Assembly: GCA_964599225.1 (NCBI GenBank)
Contig: CAZRDO010000003.1
Location: 8,066 to 72,065 of the forward strand
Length of the DNA: 64,000 nucleotides
Direction of reading: 5' to 3'
Source: an uncultured Candidatus Saccharibacteria bacterium
Lineage (GTDB): Bacteria; Patescibacteriota; Minisyncoccia; Phycocordibacterales; UBA9973
The position numbers and the translations under genes were made by a program. Numbering within the stretch: the first letter of the stretch is position 1; the number at the start of each line of letters is the position of its first letter. The notes beneath the pieces were generated by a model. The model did no database searches and was not told the origin of the DNA. It saw only the letters and a program-made list of their open reading frames with translations. Below are positions 26,910 through 37,149 of the stretch, in pieces.

Positions 26910-27497
26910 ATGCATCAGATTTACCACACCGAAGCGTTTATATTGAAATCAAGCAATGTCCGCGAAGCTGACAAGGTGATGTATTTGTATACTCGAGAAC
27001 TCGGACTAGTACGAGCAACCGCGCAAGGAATTAGAAAAATAGGCTCAAAACTTCGCTTTGCACTGCAGGATTTTACGTATGCAAAGGTTGATCTTGTTCG
27101 TGGCCGTGCTTCGTGGCGTGTTACTTCAGCTCAGCCGGTAGATTCGCTAGTGTATATCAAAAAGAATCAAGCTTCGTATACTATCATGCACAATACCTCA
27201 CGTCTTCTTTTGAGTTTGGTGCAGGGAGAAGAGGCACATGAGAAAATATTTAATGATCTTAAGCAGGCACTCTTTTTTCTCAATCATATCCATGTGTCAC
27301 GTGGAGAGCGTCGGGCAACAGAATTGTCGCTCGTACTTCGGATCCTCCATCACCTCGGCTATATTAGTGGTAAAGATGACATGACTCCAATTACCATGCA
27401 TGAGTATGTGGAAGAGACACTCCAGTACGCCCAAGAAAAAGAACTGGCTATTGTTTCTGAAATCAATAGGGCATTAAAGGCTAGTCAGCTTTTGTAA
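26910..27497 (+). CDS. recO: DNA repair protein RecO (compact form)
   Basis: N-terminal OB-fold pattern (EAFILKSSNVREADKVMYLYTRELGLVRATAQGIRK..SKLR..LQDFT) and a C-terminal helical part ending ELSLVLRILHHLGY. ATG at 26910; the track start at 26889 is a GTG. Confidence 0.65.
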   Translation: MHQIYHTEAFILKSSNVREADKVMYLYTRELGLVRATAQGIRKIGSKLRFALQDFTYAKVDLVRGRASWRVTSAQPVDSLVYIKKNQASYTIMHNTSRLLLSLVQGEEAHEKIFNDLKQALFFLNHIHVSRGERRATELSLVLRILHHLGYISGKDDMTPITMHEYVEETLQYAQEKELAIVSEINRALKASQLL

Positions 27498-27565
27498 ATT
27501 TCAAGAGCGCAAGATGTGACTTTCTACCATGTAATTCATGTGTAAATTATGCTATACTCGGCGAC

Positions 27566-29479
27566 ATGGACGAGGAGAAAAAACCGAGCAGAATTGAGGC
27601 TGTAAAACGATCACTCTATACCAAAGATGCTGTACTAGCGAGAAAAGATGGCGTACTACACCCTCAGTCGTTTGATGCACCTCGAACCTGGAAGGACGAC
27701 ACCGTGAAAAAACCAGAATCTACAACTCTCAAAATACCAAGCACTATCTATAAGAAGTTTTTTATAGGAGCACTAATTTTTTTTGTATTAGCGATCGCAT
27801 TCGGGGTCTTCACTTTTTTCCATGGCTCAAACACCGTTTCGAATGACGATATTGAAATTCATGTCATTGGTAATGCATTTGCCGCTGGTGGTGAATCACT
27901 ACCACTTCAGATTGAAGTCGTGAACAAAAATAATGTGCCACTGGAACTCGCTGATCTGATTGTTGAATCACCAAAAGGTGAGAGTGGAGAGACGAGTGGA
28001 GATTTTAATCGTCAGCGTTTCTCACTCGGCACTATAGCGGGTGGCAAAAGCAAAACTCAGAATGTTGAACTAACGCTCTTTGGTGCTGAAGGTGCTATGC
28101 GGACTATTAAGGCTACGATTGAATACCGCGTCAAAGGATCCAACGCAATCTTTGTCAAAGACACAACTTACCCTGTGACTATTAGTACCGCACCACTGAC
28201 GCTTCTCGTCGAAGGTCCTGAAAAATTAAGTTCAAATCAGAATTTTAATCTCTCGATCAAAGTCACTTCCAATGCCAAAGAAACACTTCATAATATTGTG
28301 CTTGAAGTGAAATATCCATTCGGATTCTCCTATAAGAGCGCAACTCCAAGTCCCTCATTTAACAACGACGGTTGGGCTCTGGGAGATTTAGCGCCGGGTA
28401 TTACTCGAACGATTACACTCACGGGAGTAATTATCGGTGAAGAAGGCGATGATCGGGCATTCCAAGTGTTAGCTGGTTCTGCCGATGAGAAGGATCTCTC
28501 TAAAATTGCGATTCCATTTAATTCAGTACTCCACACGACTACCATCGAAAAAGCATTTCTCGCGACTGATATTGTTGTCGGTGGTTCTCGAGATGAAAAT
28601 CCGGTTATTGAAAGTACTGAAGATGTAAATGTTTCAATTAACTGGGCCAACACGTTGCCTACAAAACTCTCAAATGTCGAAATCCATGCCAGTCTTTCTG
28701 GAAATGCAATTGATTTCAATTCAGTAGACACAACAGATGGATTTTATAACTCAAATACACACGAAGTACTCTTTGATGCAACATCGAATCATGAATTTAA
28801 ATCGCTTGAACCAGGCGATGAAGGTTCAGTTGCATTTAGTGTGCGCTCATTGCCACTTACCGGTGCTAATCAAACACTGATCGAAAATCCTACCATTACC
28901 ATCACACTCTCAGTCAAAGGCCAAGCCATTGCGGATGGTGGACAGACAAGCGAGGTCACAAATTTGATCACTCGCAATATCAAAGTCGCAACGGATCTTT
29001 CAATTCTTGCCAAGGCGCTCTACTTTACGGGACCATTTACCAATACCGGTTCTATTCCACCTAAAGCAGGAGCAAAAACTACCTATACGATTACCTGGAC
29101 GGTGACCAATACCGCCAATGCAGTCCGAAGTGGGATAGTTACTGCTACACTCCCGTCCTACATTACTTGGGAAGGCCATACGTCACCTTCGATTGAAGGA
29201 GTGACATTTGATCCAGGAAGCCATGTCGTCACATGGAAGGTTGGTGATATTGGTAAAGGTGCTGGTTTTATCAACGCACCACGCGAAGTTTCATTCCAAA
29301 TTGGACTGACCCCATCTACTTCACAGGTTGGATCAATTCCAGAACTTATTCGAGAGACAGTGCTCGAAGGCCAGGACACATTTACCAATACTCTTCTTGA
29401 AATCTCTCGGTCACGTCTGACTGCAACGCTATTCTCTGATCCAGGATTCCCAAGTGGGGGAGATCGAGTGACAAACTAA
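27566..29479 (+). CDS. Large membrane-anchored surface protein with repeated Ig-like/DUF11-like domains, hypothetical
   Basis: ~60-aa cytoplasmic N-terminus and a single TM (FFIGALIFFVLAIAFGVFTFF), then ~550 aa of beta-rich repeats. Confidence 0.5.
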   Translation: MDEEKKPSRIEAVKRSLYTKDAVLARKDGVLHPQSFDAPRTWKDDTVKKPESTTLKIPSTIYKKFFIGALIFFVLAIAFGVFTFFHGSNTVSNDDIEIHVIGNAFAAGGESLPLQIEVVNKNNVPLELADLIVESPKGESGETSGDFNRQRFSLGTIAGGKSKTQNVELTLFGAEGAMRTIKATIEYRVKGSNAIFVKDTTYPVTISTAPLTLLVEGPEKLSSNQNFNLSIKVTSNAKETLHNIVLEVKYPFGFSYKSATPSPSFNNDGWALGDLAPGITRTITLTGVIIGEEGDDRAFQVLAGSADEKDLSKIAIPFNSVLHTTTIEKAFLATDIVVGGSRDENPVIESTEDVNVSINWANTLPTKLSNVEIHASLSGNAIDFNSVDTTDGFYNSNTHEVLFDATSNHEFKSLEPGDEGSVAFSVRSLPLTGANQTLIENPTITITLSVKGQAIADGGQTSEVTNLITRNIKVATDLSILAKALYFTGPFTNTGSIPPKAGAKTTYTITWTVTNTANAVRSGIVTATLPSYITWEGHTSPSIEGVTFDPGSHVVTWKVGDIGKGAGFINAPREVSFQIGLTPSTSQVGSIPELIRETVLEGQDTFTNTLLEISRSRLTATLFSDPGFPSGGDRVTN

Positions 29480-29533
29480 AAATTACAAATTATTAATTAC
29501 GAATTACGAATGAAAGCTGGAGAAAATAATGTC

Positions 29534-30850
29534 ATGGAGAAAATTGTGAGCTTGTGCAAACGCAGAGGATTTATTTTCCCCGGTTCTGAGATTTATGGCG
29601 GGATGGCAGGCCTCTATGACTATGGTCCACTTGGTGTTGAACTTCGTCACAATATTAAACAACATTTTTGGCAATCCTTTATCGGAAATCGTGATGAAGT
29701 CTATGGTCTCTCAGCTTCAATTTTAATGCCAGCTCGAGTCTGGGAAGCCAGTGGTCACATGGATTCGTTTACTGATCCACTTGTGGAGTGTAAGACTTGT
29801 CATGCGCGCATTCGGGCTGATCAAGCTGATGCAATTAGTGAACACGAAGCAGTACACCAGAAAAAGAAAGAAATCTGCCAGTGGTCAGAACCAAAAGTTT
29901 TCAATCTCCTCGTGAAAACTCATCTCGGAGCAGTTGAAGATGATGCATCAGTCGCCTATCTCCGTGGAGAAATTACTCAGGGAGTTCATGTTAATTTCAA
30001 AAATATCCTCGACTCGATGCATCCAAAGCTTCCATTTGGTATTGGGCAAATTGGTAAAGCCTTTCGAAATGAAATTACACCAGGGAACTTCATTTTCCGC
30101 TTACGCGAATTTGAGCAGATGGAACTACAGTATTATATTCAACCTGAGGAAGAAGAAGGGAAGCGACAATTTGAATATTGGAAAGACTTTGCGTTCTCAT
30201 GGTACAAAAGCCTTGGCTTTCGTGATGAGAGTTTGCGCCTCCGGCCTCACGCGCCTGATGAGCGTGCGCACTATGCCAAAGATGCTTGGGATATTGAATT
30301 CAATTCGCCATTCGGTGGCTGGAAAGAAGCTTGGGGAATTCATCACCGTGGGGATTGGGATTTGCGTCGACATTCTGAGTATTCAAAAGTTGGTCTCTCA
30401 TATTTCGATGAAGAGAAAAAGGAGCGTGTGATTCCGTGGGATATTGAGTGCTCTGGTGGTGTTGATCGGGCAGTTCTCTTCGTCTTACTTGAAGCGTATC
30501 GAGAAGATTCGCTTGGTGATGATACACGTGAATACCTTGCGCTCGCACCCAAGGTTGCACCAGTCAAAGTAGCTGTCTTTCCACTTCTGAAAAACAAACC
30601 AGAACTTGTTGAGAAAGCCCGAGGAATATACCAGGCTCTCAAAAAAGAAATTCCTCAAGTCATGTTTGATGATAACGGTAATATCGGTAAGCGCTATCGT
30701 CGTCAGGATGAAATTGGTACACCATGGTGTATCACTATCGATTTCCAAACACTCGAAGATGAGACCGTGACAATTCGTGAGCGTGATAGTGGAGAGCAAA
30801 AGAGAATCACAACTACCGAATTACAAGCATATATACAAAAATCTCTATAA
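29534..30850 (+). CDS. glyQS: Glycine--tRNA ligase (dimeric alpha2 type)
   Basis: MEKIVSLCKRRGFIFPGSEIYGG...YDYGPLG is the N-terminus of class II GlyRS; class II motifs and an anticodon-binding C-terminus follow. ATG at 29534, preceded by GGAGA. Confidence 0.9.
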   Translation: MEKIVSLCKRRGFIFPGSEIYGGMAGLYDYGPLGVELRHNIKQHFWQSFIGNRDEVYGLSASILMPARVWEASGHMDSFTDPLVECKTCHARIRADQADAISEHEAVHQKKKEICQWSEPKVFNLLVKTHLGAVEDDASVAYLRGEITQGVHVNFKNILDSMHPKLPFGIGQIGKAFRNEITPGNFIFRLREFEQMELQYYIQPEEEEGKRQFEYWKDFAFSWYKSLGFRDESLRLRPHAPDERAHYAKDAWDIEFNSPFGGWKEAWGIHHRGDWDLRRHSEYSKVGLSYFDEEKKERVIPWDIECSGGVDRAVLFVLLEAYREDSLGDDTREYLALAPKVAPVKVAVFPLLKNKPELVEKARGIYQALKKEIPQVMFDDNGNIGKRYRRQDEIGTPWCITIDFQTLEDETVTIRERDSGEQKRITTTELQAYIQKSL

Positions 30851-30857
30851 AATTTAT

Positions 30858-31805
30858 ATGAAAGACAAATCATTTCTCGTCACGGGCGGAGCCGGATTTA
30901 TTGGTTCACACATTGTTGAGCGGTTACTGAGTGATGGTGCCAAAAAGGTTCGAGTACTTGATAATCTCTCAAGTGGGAACCGGAAAAATATTGCAGCATT
31001 TGAAACAAATCCAGCCTTTGAATTTATTGAAGGAGATATCCGTGATGCAGAAGCCTGTGCCAAAGTATGTGAAGGAATTGACTACGTGTTCCACGAAGCA
31101 GCACTCGTTTCAGTGCCACGCTCAATTAAAGAACCCGAAGAATATCAAGCAGTGAATGTCACAGGATTTTTCAATGTGCTCAATGCTGCGAGAAATGCTG
31201 GAGTAACTCGCGTGGTGTATGCGTCATCCTCCTCAGTCTATGGTGATAATGAAACACTGCCTAAGCGTGAAGGTGCTATTGGACAAGCGCTCTCCCCCTA
31301 TACACTCTCTAAACAAATGGATGAGCTCTATAGTAGCCTCTTTGCGAGAGTCTACGGGCTCTCAAGTATTGGTCTTCGCTACTTCAATGTTTTTGGACCA
31401 CGACAAAATCTAGAGAGCGCTTATGCGGCAGCAATTCCAAAATTTATTGCAAATATTCTCACTGACAAACCAGTGACGGTCTTCGGAGACGGTGAACAAA
31501 CACGAGATTTCACATTTGTAGAAAATATTGTTGAAGCAAATATATGCGCGCTTAGTGCAAAGGATGCCTTTACTGCATTCAATGCCGGTGCAGGGGATCG
31601 GGTAACAGTGAATGAGCTCATTGCAACTATCGGCGAACTTACTGGCAAAGAGCCGATAATAGAATTTACCGAAGTGAGAAAAGGCGACATTCCTCATTCA
31701 TATGCCGATATCGAAAAAGCTCGTACAGAAATTGGCTATATTCCAAAAATAAAACTCCGTGAAGGGCTTGAGAAAACTATTGCCTACTATAAAACAGTTA
31801 TATAA
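30858..31805 (+). CDS. NAD-dependent epimerase/dehydratase (UDP-sugar 4-epimerase-like SDR)
   Basis: GGAGFIGSH Rossmann motif and YTLSK (YxxxK) catalytic motif. ATG at 30858, 8 nt after the glyQS stop. Confidence 0.85.
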   Translation: MKDKSFLVTGGAGFIGSHIVERLLSDGAKKVRVLDNLSSGNRKNIAAFETNPAFEFIEGDIRDAEACAKVCEGIDYVFHEAALVSVPRSIKEPEEYQAVNVTGFFNVLNAARNAGVTRVVYASSSSVYGDNETLPKREGAIGQALSPYTLSKQMDELYSSLFARVYGLSSIGLRYFNVFGPRQNLESAYAAAIPKFIANILTDKPVTVFGDGEQTRDFTFVENIVEANICALSAKDAFTAFNAGAGDRVTVNELIATIGELTGKEPIIEFTEVRKGDIPHSYADIEKARTEIGYIPKIKLREGLEKTIAYYKTVI

Positions 31806-31807
31806 AT

Positions 31808-33073
31808 ATGAAGCCTGAAATTACCACGCTCGCAAATGGGCTCCGTGTACTTCCTATTCCCATCATTGGTTCTGAAACAGTCACAGTACTTGTACTGGTC
31901 AAAGCAGGATCGCGCTACGAGACTCTAGAGACCAACGGGCTCTCGCATTTCCTTGAACACATGTGTTTCAAGGGTACCACCAAACGACCTTCGGCATTTA
32001 TCATTTCAAATGAACTTGAGTCAATCGGAGCGATTTCTAATGCCTTTACTGGCCAAGAAGTGACGGGTTATTTTGCCAAAGGACTTTCTGAGCATTTTGA
32101 ACAGATTACAGATGTCATCAGTGATATATATCAGAACTCACTTTTTCCAGAAGCAGAAATTGCAAAAGAGAAGGGCGTGATAATTGAAGAAATAAATATG
32201 TATGAAGACATCCCACAAGCACTTGTTGAGTATGATATCTACAAATTAATGTTTGGTGATACACCGCTTGGCTGGAGGATTGGCGGATTTAAAGAAGTAG
32301 TAAGCACACTCACGCGCGAGGATCTCACAGAATACTATGGTCGTCGCTATGTTCCAGAAGAAACACTCCTTGTCATGGCAGGGAATATAACGACAGATCA
32401 GGCGTTAGGGTTAAGCGAAAAATATTTTGGTACACTCGTTGCAAAATCCTCCGGTCAAGATATTTCCACACAGATACAACAAACTGAGCCCAGAGTTAGT
32501 ATTAGAAAAAGAGTAAATGATCAAACCTATATATCCATTGGATTTCGCGCTTTCTCATCGTATGATCCACGATTGCCGGTACTTGAGGTACTAGGAGGTG
32601 TGTTAGCCCACGGTATGGCTTCACGACTTTTCCAAATTTTACGCGAAGAGATGGGAGCGTGTTATTACGTGAATGCGAGCATTCATTCATATCGTGAGGA
32701 AGGATTTTTTGAAATCAGTGCTGGGGTAGACACAAAGCGCCTACATGAAGTTGTTGCGCGTATATATGCCGAATGCCAAAAATTAAAAACAGAATTGGTG
32801 AGTGAGATGGAACTTTCTCGGGTAAAAGAATATAACGTGGGATCAATAAAGCTCGGACTCGAATCTTCAAATGCTCAGGCAATGTTCTATGGCGAGCAGG
32901 CAATTTTAAGGAAACCGCTCAAAACCCCTCGAGAAATTGCCGATGAGATTAGAGGAGTTACCTCCGGAGCTATTCAGAAACTGGCAGAAGAGCTTTTTCG
33001 GCCTGAGCACGCCAACCTCGTGGTTGTTGGACCAGAAGGTGATGAAGTGACACTCAAATCAATTTTCGTCTAG
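31808..33073 (+). CDS. M16 family (pitrilysin-like) zinc peptidase
   Basis: Inverted zinc motif HFLEHMCF (HxxEH) plus a downstream E in the NAFTGQEVT region. Confidence 0.85.
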   Translation: MKPEITTLANGLRVLPIPIIGSETVTVLVLVKAGSRYETLETNGLSHFLEHMCFKGTTKRPSAFIISNELESIGAISNAFTGQEVTGYFAKGLSEHFEQITDVISDIYQNSLFPEAEIAKEKGVIIEEINMYEDIPQALVEYDIYKLMFGDTPLGWRIGGFKEVVSTLTREDLTEYYGRRYVPEETLLVMAGNITTDQALGLSEKYFGTLVAKSSGQDISTQIQQTEPRVSIRKRVNDQTYISIGFRAFSSYDPRLPVLEVLGGVLAHGMASRLFQILREEMGACYYVNASIHSYREEGFFEISAGVDTKRLHEVVARIYAECQKLKTELVSEMELSRVKEYNVGSIKLGLESSNAQAMFYGEQAILRKPLKTPREIADEIRGVTSGAIQKLAEELFRPEHANLVVVGPEGDEVTLKSIFV

Positions 33074-33115
33074 ACCTCCTGTCATTGGAGTGTTATTTTT
33101 GCTATACTTCCGTAT

Positions 33116-34198
33116 ATGGCAGTTAACGCAAATAAAGAATACCAAGTTCATATAAGTGGTAAAACTATTTCCACGTTCTTCATAGTGATTATCGCTCTCG
33201 CGACACTCTGGGTGCTTCGCAATCTCGCGCTTGTACTTCTGACGGCAATTGTCATTGCTTCATTTAGTGAATATGTAGTTCTTAAACTGCGACGTTATCG
33301 TTTTCCGAGAGTCCTTTCAGTGATTATCGTCTATGTTGCGACATTGCTTGTATTCTCAGGCCTCTTCTATGTTTTAGTACCGATATTTGTGGGTGAAGCA
33401 TCAGACCTCATTGATGCGGCCCAGAAATTTATTCCCGTAGGACAAGAATCCACTGCGATTAATCCAAGTTCAATTGATACTGCAACATCACTGGTTTCAG
33501 GCATTACACACGGCGCACCACTGAGCCAAATTCTCCAGCAATCACAATCATTTCTCTCGAGTTTTTCTGCAGGATTCTTTGGTATTGCGACAGGTATTTT
33601 TGGAGGTATATTTAATTTCATACTTGTCATTATTTTGTCGTTCTACCTCTCGCTTCAGGAGAAGGGTATTGAGCAGTTTATTCGAGTGGTGGCACCAGTG
33701 CGAGCACAAGATTACGCAGTTGATCTTTGGCTTCGTACTGAGCGGAAGATTGGGCTTTGGATTAAAGGTCAATGCTTCTTGGGACTTCTCATAGGCGTGA
33801 TTACCTACATTGTGCTTTCGATTATTGGTGTTAAGTACGCACTTCTTCTGTCCATTCTCTCAGCCATTGCTGAGCTGGTTCCGTTCGGTATCGTTGTGGC
33901 AACCGTGCCAGCAGTACTCTTTGCCTATCTTGGCGGGGGAGTGAAGCTTGCAGTGATTGTCGGAGTCTTCTACTTTATTCTCCAACAGATTGAAAACTAT
34001 TTTATTGTCCCTCTGGTGGTCAAACGAGTCGTCGGTATTCCACCACTTGTCGTGATCCTTTCAGTCCTCATTGGGGTGAAACTCGCAGGATTCTGGGGAC
34101 TTGTGCTAGGTATCCCCGTTACTGTACTTCTGATGGAGTACATTGATGACCTTCGCAAAAAAAGAATAGTTGAGGATGTTTCGAAAGCGCATGAATAA
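33116..34198 (+). CDS. AI-2E family transporter (UPF0118/PerM-like)
   Basis: Eight predicted TM helices. The C-terminal ILSAIAELVPFGIVVATVPAVL pattern is typical of the family. Confidence 0.6.
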   Translation: MAVNANKEYQVHISGKTISTFFIVIIALATLWVLRNLALVLLTAIVIASFSEYVVLKLRRYRFPRVLSVIIVYVATLLVFSGLFYVLVPIFVGEASDLIDAAQKFIPVGQESTAINPSSIDTATSLVSGITHGAPLSQILQQSQSFLSSFSAGFFGIATGIFGGIFNFILVIILSFYLSLQEKGIEQFIRVVAPVRAQDYAVDLWLRTERKIGLWIKGQCFLGLLIGVITYIVLSIIGVKYALLLSILSAIAELVPFGIVVATVPAVLFAYLGGGVKLAVIVGVFYFILQQIENYFIVPLVVKRVVGIPPLVVILSVLIGVKLAGFWGLVLGIPVTVLLMEYIDDLRKKRIVEDVSKAHE

Positions 34199-35636
34199 TG
34201 AGTCTAAAAAACCTTTCTATATTACGACGACTCTTCCGTATGTGAATGCTGAGCTCCATATGGGGCACGCACTTGAATTTATACGGGCCGACGCCATTGC
34301 CCGGTACAAAGAGCTCATGGGCTTCGATGTGTTCTTTAATTCAGGGACTGATGAGCACGGTAGCAAAATTTATAAAAAAGCAGAGGAGGAAGGCAAAGAG
34401 GTAAAACAATTTGTTGACGAGAATGTAAAGAAATTTTATGAATCAGTAAAAATCTTTGGGTTAAAAGACGGGGTGCATTTTATTCGTACGACCGATGATG
34501 CTCATATAAAAGCGGCGGAAGCTTTTTGGAAGACTGTTGACTCGAATGGATATATCTATAAGAAAAATTATCAGACGAAATATTGTATTGGTTGTGAGAG
34601 CGAGAAAACTGAATCCGAACTTGTCGACGGCAAATGTCCTGAGCATGGCACCATACCCGAACTTATCGACGAAGAGAATTATTTCTTCAAGTATAGTCAC
34701 TTCACCAAACCACTTCTCGACTTCTATGAGAAAAATCCTCAATTCGTTGTTCCAGAATTCCGCTTCAATGAAATGAAGGCCTTTGTTGAGCGAGGACTCG
34801 AAGATATCTCTATCTCACGCAGAAAAGAGAAAATGCCTTGGGGCATCCCAGTGCCAGGCGACGATGCTCATGTGATGTATGTCTGGTTTGATGCGCTCAC
34901 AAGCTATATAGCGACCCTGGGCTGGCCAGATGAGGAGGGAGAGTTTAAGAAGTATTGGGTAGGGGGTACGCCAACTCAATACTGCGGCAAGGACAATACG
35001 CGTTTCCAGAGCGTACTCTGGCAAGCAATGCTCATGGCAGCCGGACTTCCTAATTCACACCAGATTATCGTCAATGGCTTTATTGTCGCCGACGGAGGCG
35101 TAAAAATGTCCAAAACTATTGGTAATGTGGTGAACCCGAGAGATATTGCCCGAGACTACAGTACCGAAGCACTACGGTTTTTTCTTCTCGCTGAAGTTGC
35201 GAATTTCGAGGATAGTCCATTTACTGCGTCTCGGTTTCGGGATGCGTATAATTCGAAGCTCGCCAATGGTTTGGGCAATCTCACGAGTCGTATTATGAAA
35301 ATGGCAGTTACGAATTTGACCGAGTGGCCAGAGATACCTCTGACTTCAATTCCTGATGAATGGAAAGAGCGAATGGAAGCATTTGATATCAAAGGCGCGA
35401 TGGATATTATCTTTCGCCATGTCGGCGAACTCGATTTGATTATTCAGAGCAAGGAACCATTTAAAATGGTGAAAATTGAGAAAGAGAAGGCACTCGCGAT
35501 CATGAGTGATTTGGTAGTGAGACTTTATACGATTGCTCGGATGTTAAGTCCATTCATGCCGGAGACGTCTAAACAAATGAAAGAAATAATTAAATCACGG
35601 AACATGCCGGGCCCACTTTTTTTGAGGAAAGAATAG
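34191..35636 (+). CDS. metG: Methionine--tRNA ligase (short form)
   Basis: HMGH variant of HIGH (NAELHMGHALEF), a zinc-knuckle CIGC...CPEHG, and KMSKT (VKMSKTIGN). ATG at 34191 overlaps the upstream stop by 8 nt. Confidence 0.9.
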   Translation: MNNESKKPFYITTTLPYVNAELHMGHALEFIRADAIARYKELMGFDVFFNSGTDEHGSKIYKKAEEEGKEVKQFVDENVKKFYESVKIFGLKDGVHFIRTTDDAHIKAAEAFWKTVDSNGYIYKKNYQTKYCIGCESEKTESELVDGKCPEHGTIPELIDEENYFFKYSHFTKPLLDFYEKNPQFVVPEFRFNEMKAFVERGLEDISISRRKEKMPWGIPVPGDDAHVMYVWFDALTSYIATLGWPDEEGEFKKYWVGGTPTQYCGKDNTRFQSVLWQAMLMAAGLPNSHQIIVNGFIVADGGVKMSKTIGNVVNPRDIARDYSTEALRFFLLAEVANFEDSPFTASRFRDAYNSKLANGLGNLTSRIMKMAVTNLTEWPEIPLTSIPDEWKERMEAFDIKGAMDIIFRHVGELDLIIQSKEPFKMVKIEKEKALAIMSDLVVRLYTIARMLSPFMPETSKQMKEIIKSRNMPGPLFLRKE

Positions 35637-35639
35637 ATT

Positions 35640-36449
35640 ATGAAATTTAACTATTTTGATATTCACTCTCATCTCAACCTCTCACCACTCTATGATAAGA
35701 GAACAGAGATTATGGCACGCATGCGTGAGACGGGAATTGGTACGATTACTGTCGGAGTTGATCGCGAGACTTCAAAGCTCGCGATTGAAATTGCCGAAGA
35801 GAGCCCTGATATGTGCTGGGCAACAGTTGGACTCCATCCAACTGACAATGTTGCTGAAGATTTTGATATTAGGACATATCGAGAGCTTGCTCTCTCATCA
35901 AAGGTAGTTGCAATAGGGGAGACAGGATTGGACTACTTTAGAATTACGAATGACGAATTGAGAATTAAGAGTAGACAACAAGAAGTCTTTAAGAAACATA
36001 TCGAGCTTGCAATTGAAATTGGTAAACCACTCATGCTTCACTGTCGCCCAAGTAAGGGAACTATGGATGCCTATCTCGATGCAATAGAAATTTTGGAGAC
36101 TTATAGCTCACAGGTCGGATCTAATAGCTTGCACGGCAATTTCCACTTCTTCGTCGGCGATATACCAATTGCTCAGAAAATTTTAGACATCGGCTTCACT
36201 ATGAGCTTTGACGGTCCGATTACATTCTCTCGTGACTACGATGCATTAATTAAATTTCTGCCAATTGAATCAATTATGGGTGAGACTGATGCGCCATTTG
36301 CTGCCCCAGAACCCCATCGTGGCCAGAAATGTGAGCCATGGATGGTAGAAGAAGTGTATAAAAAAATTGGCGAAATAAAGAATATTGAGCTCTCTACAGT
36401 AAGAGATCAGTTTGAAAAAAATATCGAGCGAGTTTTCGGTATTCCATAA
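35640..36449 (+). CDS. tatD: TatD family metal-dependent hydrolase/DNase
   Basis: DIHSHL (HxH) N-terminal motif and the GETGLDY mid motif. It holds the conserved position after metG. Confidence 0.85.
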   Translation: MKFNYFDIHSHLNLSPLYDKRTEIMARMRETGIGTITVGVDRETSKLAIEIAEESPDMCWATVGLHPTDNVAEDFDIRTYRELALSSKVVAIGETGLDYFRITNDELRIKSRQQEVFKKHIELAIEIGKPLMLHCRPSKGTMDAYLDAIEILETYSSQVGSNSLHGNFHFFVGDIPIAQKILDIGFTMSFDGPITFSRDYDALIKFLPIESIMGETDAPFAAPEPHRGQKCEPWMVEEVYKKIGEIKNIELSTVRDQFEKNIERVFGIP

Positions 36450-36480
36450 AATAAAAAACTGCTCGATTTGAGCAGTAGCA
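36449..36480. terminator. Hairpin terminator serving the convergent gene pair
   Basis: AAAATAAAAAA-CTGCTC-GATTT-GAGCAG. The A/T tract gives a T-run on the minus strand after the hairpin. Confidence 0.55.
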
Positions 36481-36486
36481 TTTAAT

Positions 36487-36945
36487 TTAGCTTGTAGCTT
36501 TTTCCCAAGTGAAGGAATGAACAGAGAAAGCATCCTCCACTATAACCAGCCTATTACTCCAAAGCAAGATTTTGCCACCTTTTTCAATTCGAATACAATG
36601 CTCAGATTTGCCCCTAATTCTAGTGGGAGAAGATCTTTTTCTTACATTAAATCTCCCGACTACAGTTGATTCTGTATTATAAAGAAAAAAATCATCGAAA
36701 TCACTAGGTATTATATAAGTGAACATATTCTCTACTATAATCCCTTGGATCATACGGGCGCTACTATCAATTAATCTTTTGATTACTATGTGGTTGGCTT
36801 CTTTAAAAAAGCTAGATTCTTGTGAAGTGAATTTCTTATATTCAATTTCTTTCTCACAAAGTCTGCTTTTTAACAGTTGAAGAATTTCTTTTCTAACTTG
36901 AAATTTTATCAAGAACCCTTTCGGGAATTTCCTTTTTGTGTCCAT
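36487..36945 (-). CDS. Hypothetical protein (AT-rich, possibly foreign)
   Basis: 152-aa ORF that is noticeably more AT-rich than its neighbours. No confident domain. Confidence 0.4.
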   Translation of the reverse strand: MDTKRKFPKGFLIKFQVRKEILQLLKSRLCEKEIEYKKFTSQESSFFKEANHIVIKRLIDSSARMIQGIIVENMFTYIIPSDFDDFFLYNTESTVVGRFNVRKRSSPTRIRGKSEHCIRIEKGGKILLWSNRLVIVEDAFSVHSFTWEKATS

Positions 36946-37049
36946 TATTTAGGTTATTTTCTAAGGCAAGATTACTATCTAAATATAGTCATGTCAATAT
37001 GTCTGAAGAAGCCTTGCCTTTTTTGAATTTTACTGTTAAATTAAACAGA

Positions 37050-37121
37050 TTCCCGTTCGATGCGCGCCTGAACGCGTATCGCAATTCCGTCTCTTGAGCC
37101 GGATAAGGTCCGAAGCGGGAA
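37050..37121 (+). promoter_or_regulatory. GC-rich structured element upstream of rpsF (candidate rpsF-leader-like RNA)
   Basis: Closing helix TTCCCG/CGGGAA encloses a 9-bp GC hairpin (CGATGCGCG-CCTGAA-CGCGTATCG) and two short hairpins. It is embedded in AT-rich intergenic DNA directly upstream of the S6-SSB-S18 operon. Confidence 0.3.
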
Positions 37122-37149
37122 GTTAGATATTATAAAATAGCAATTTAGA

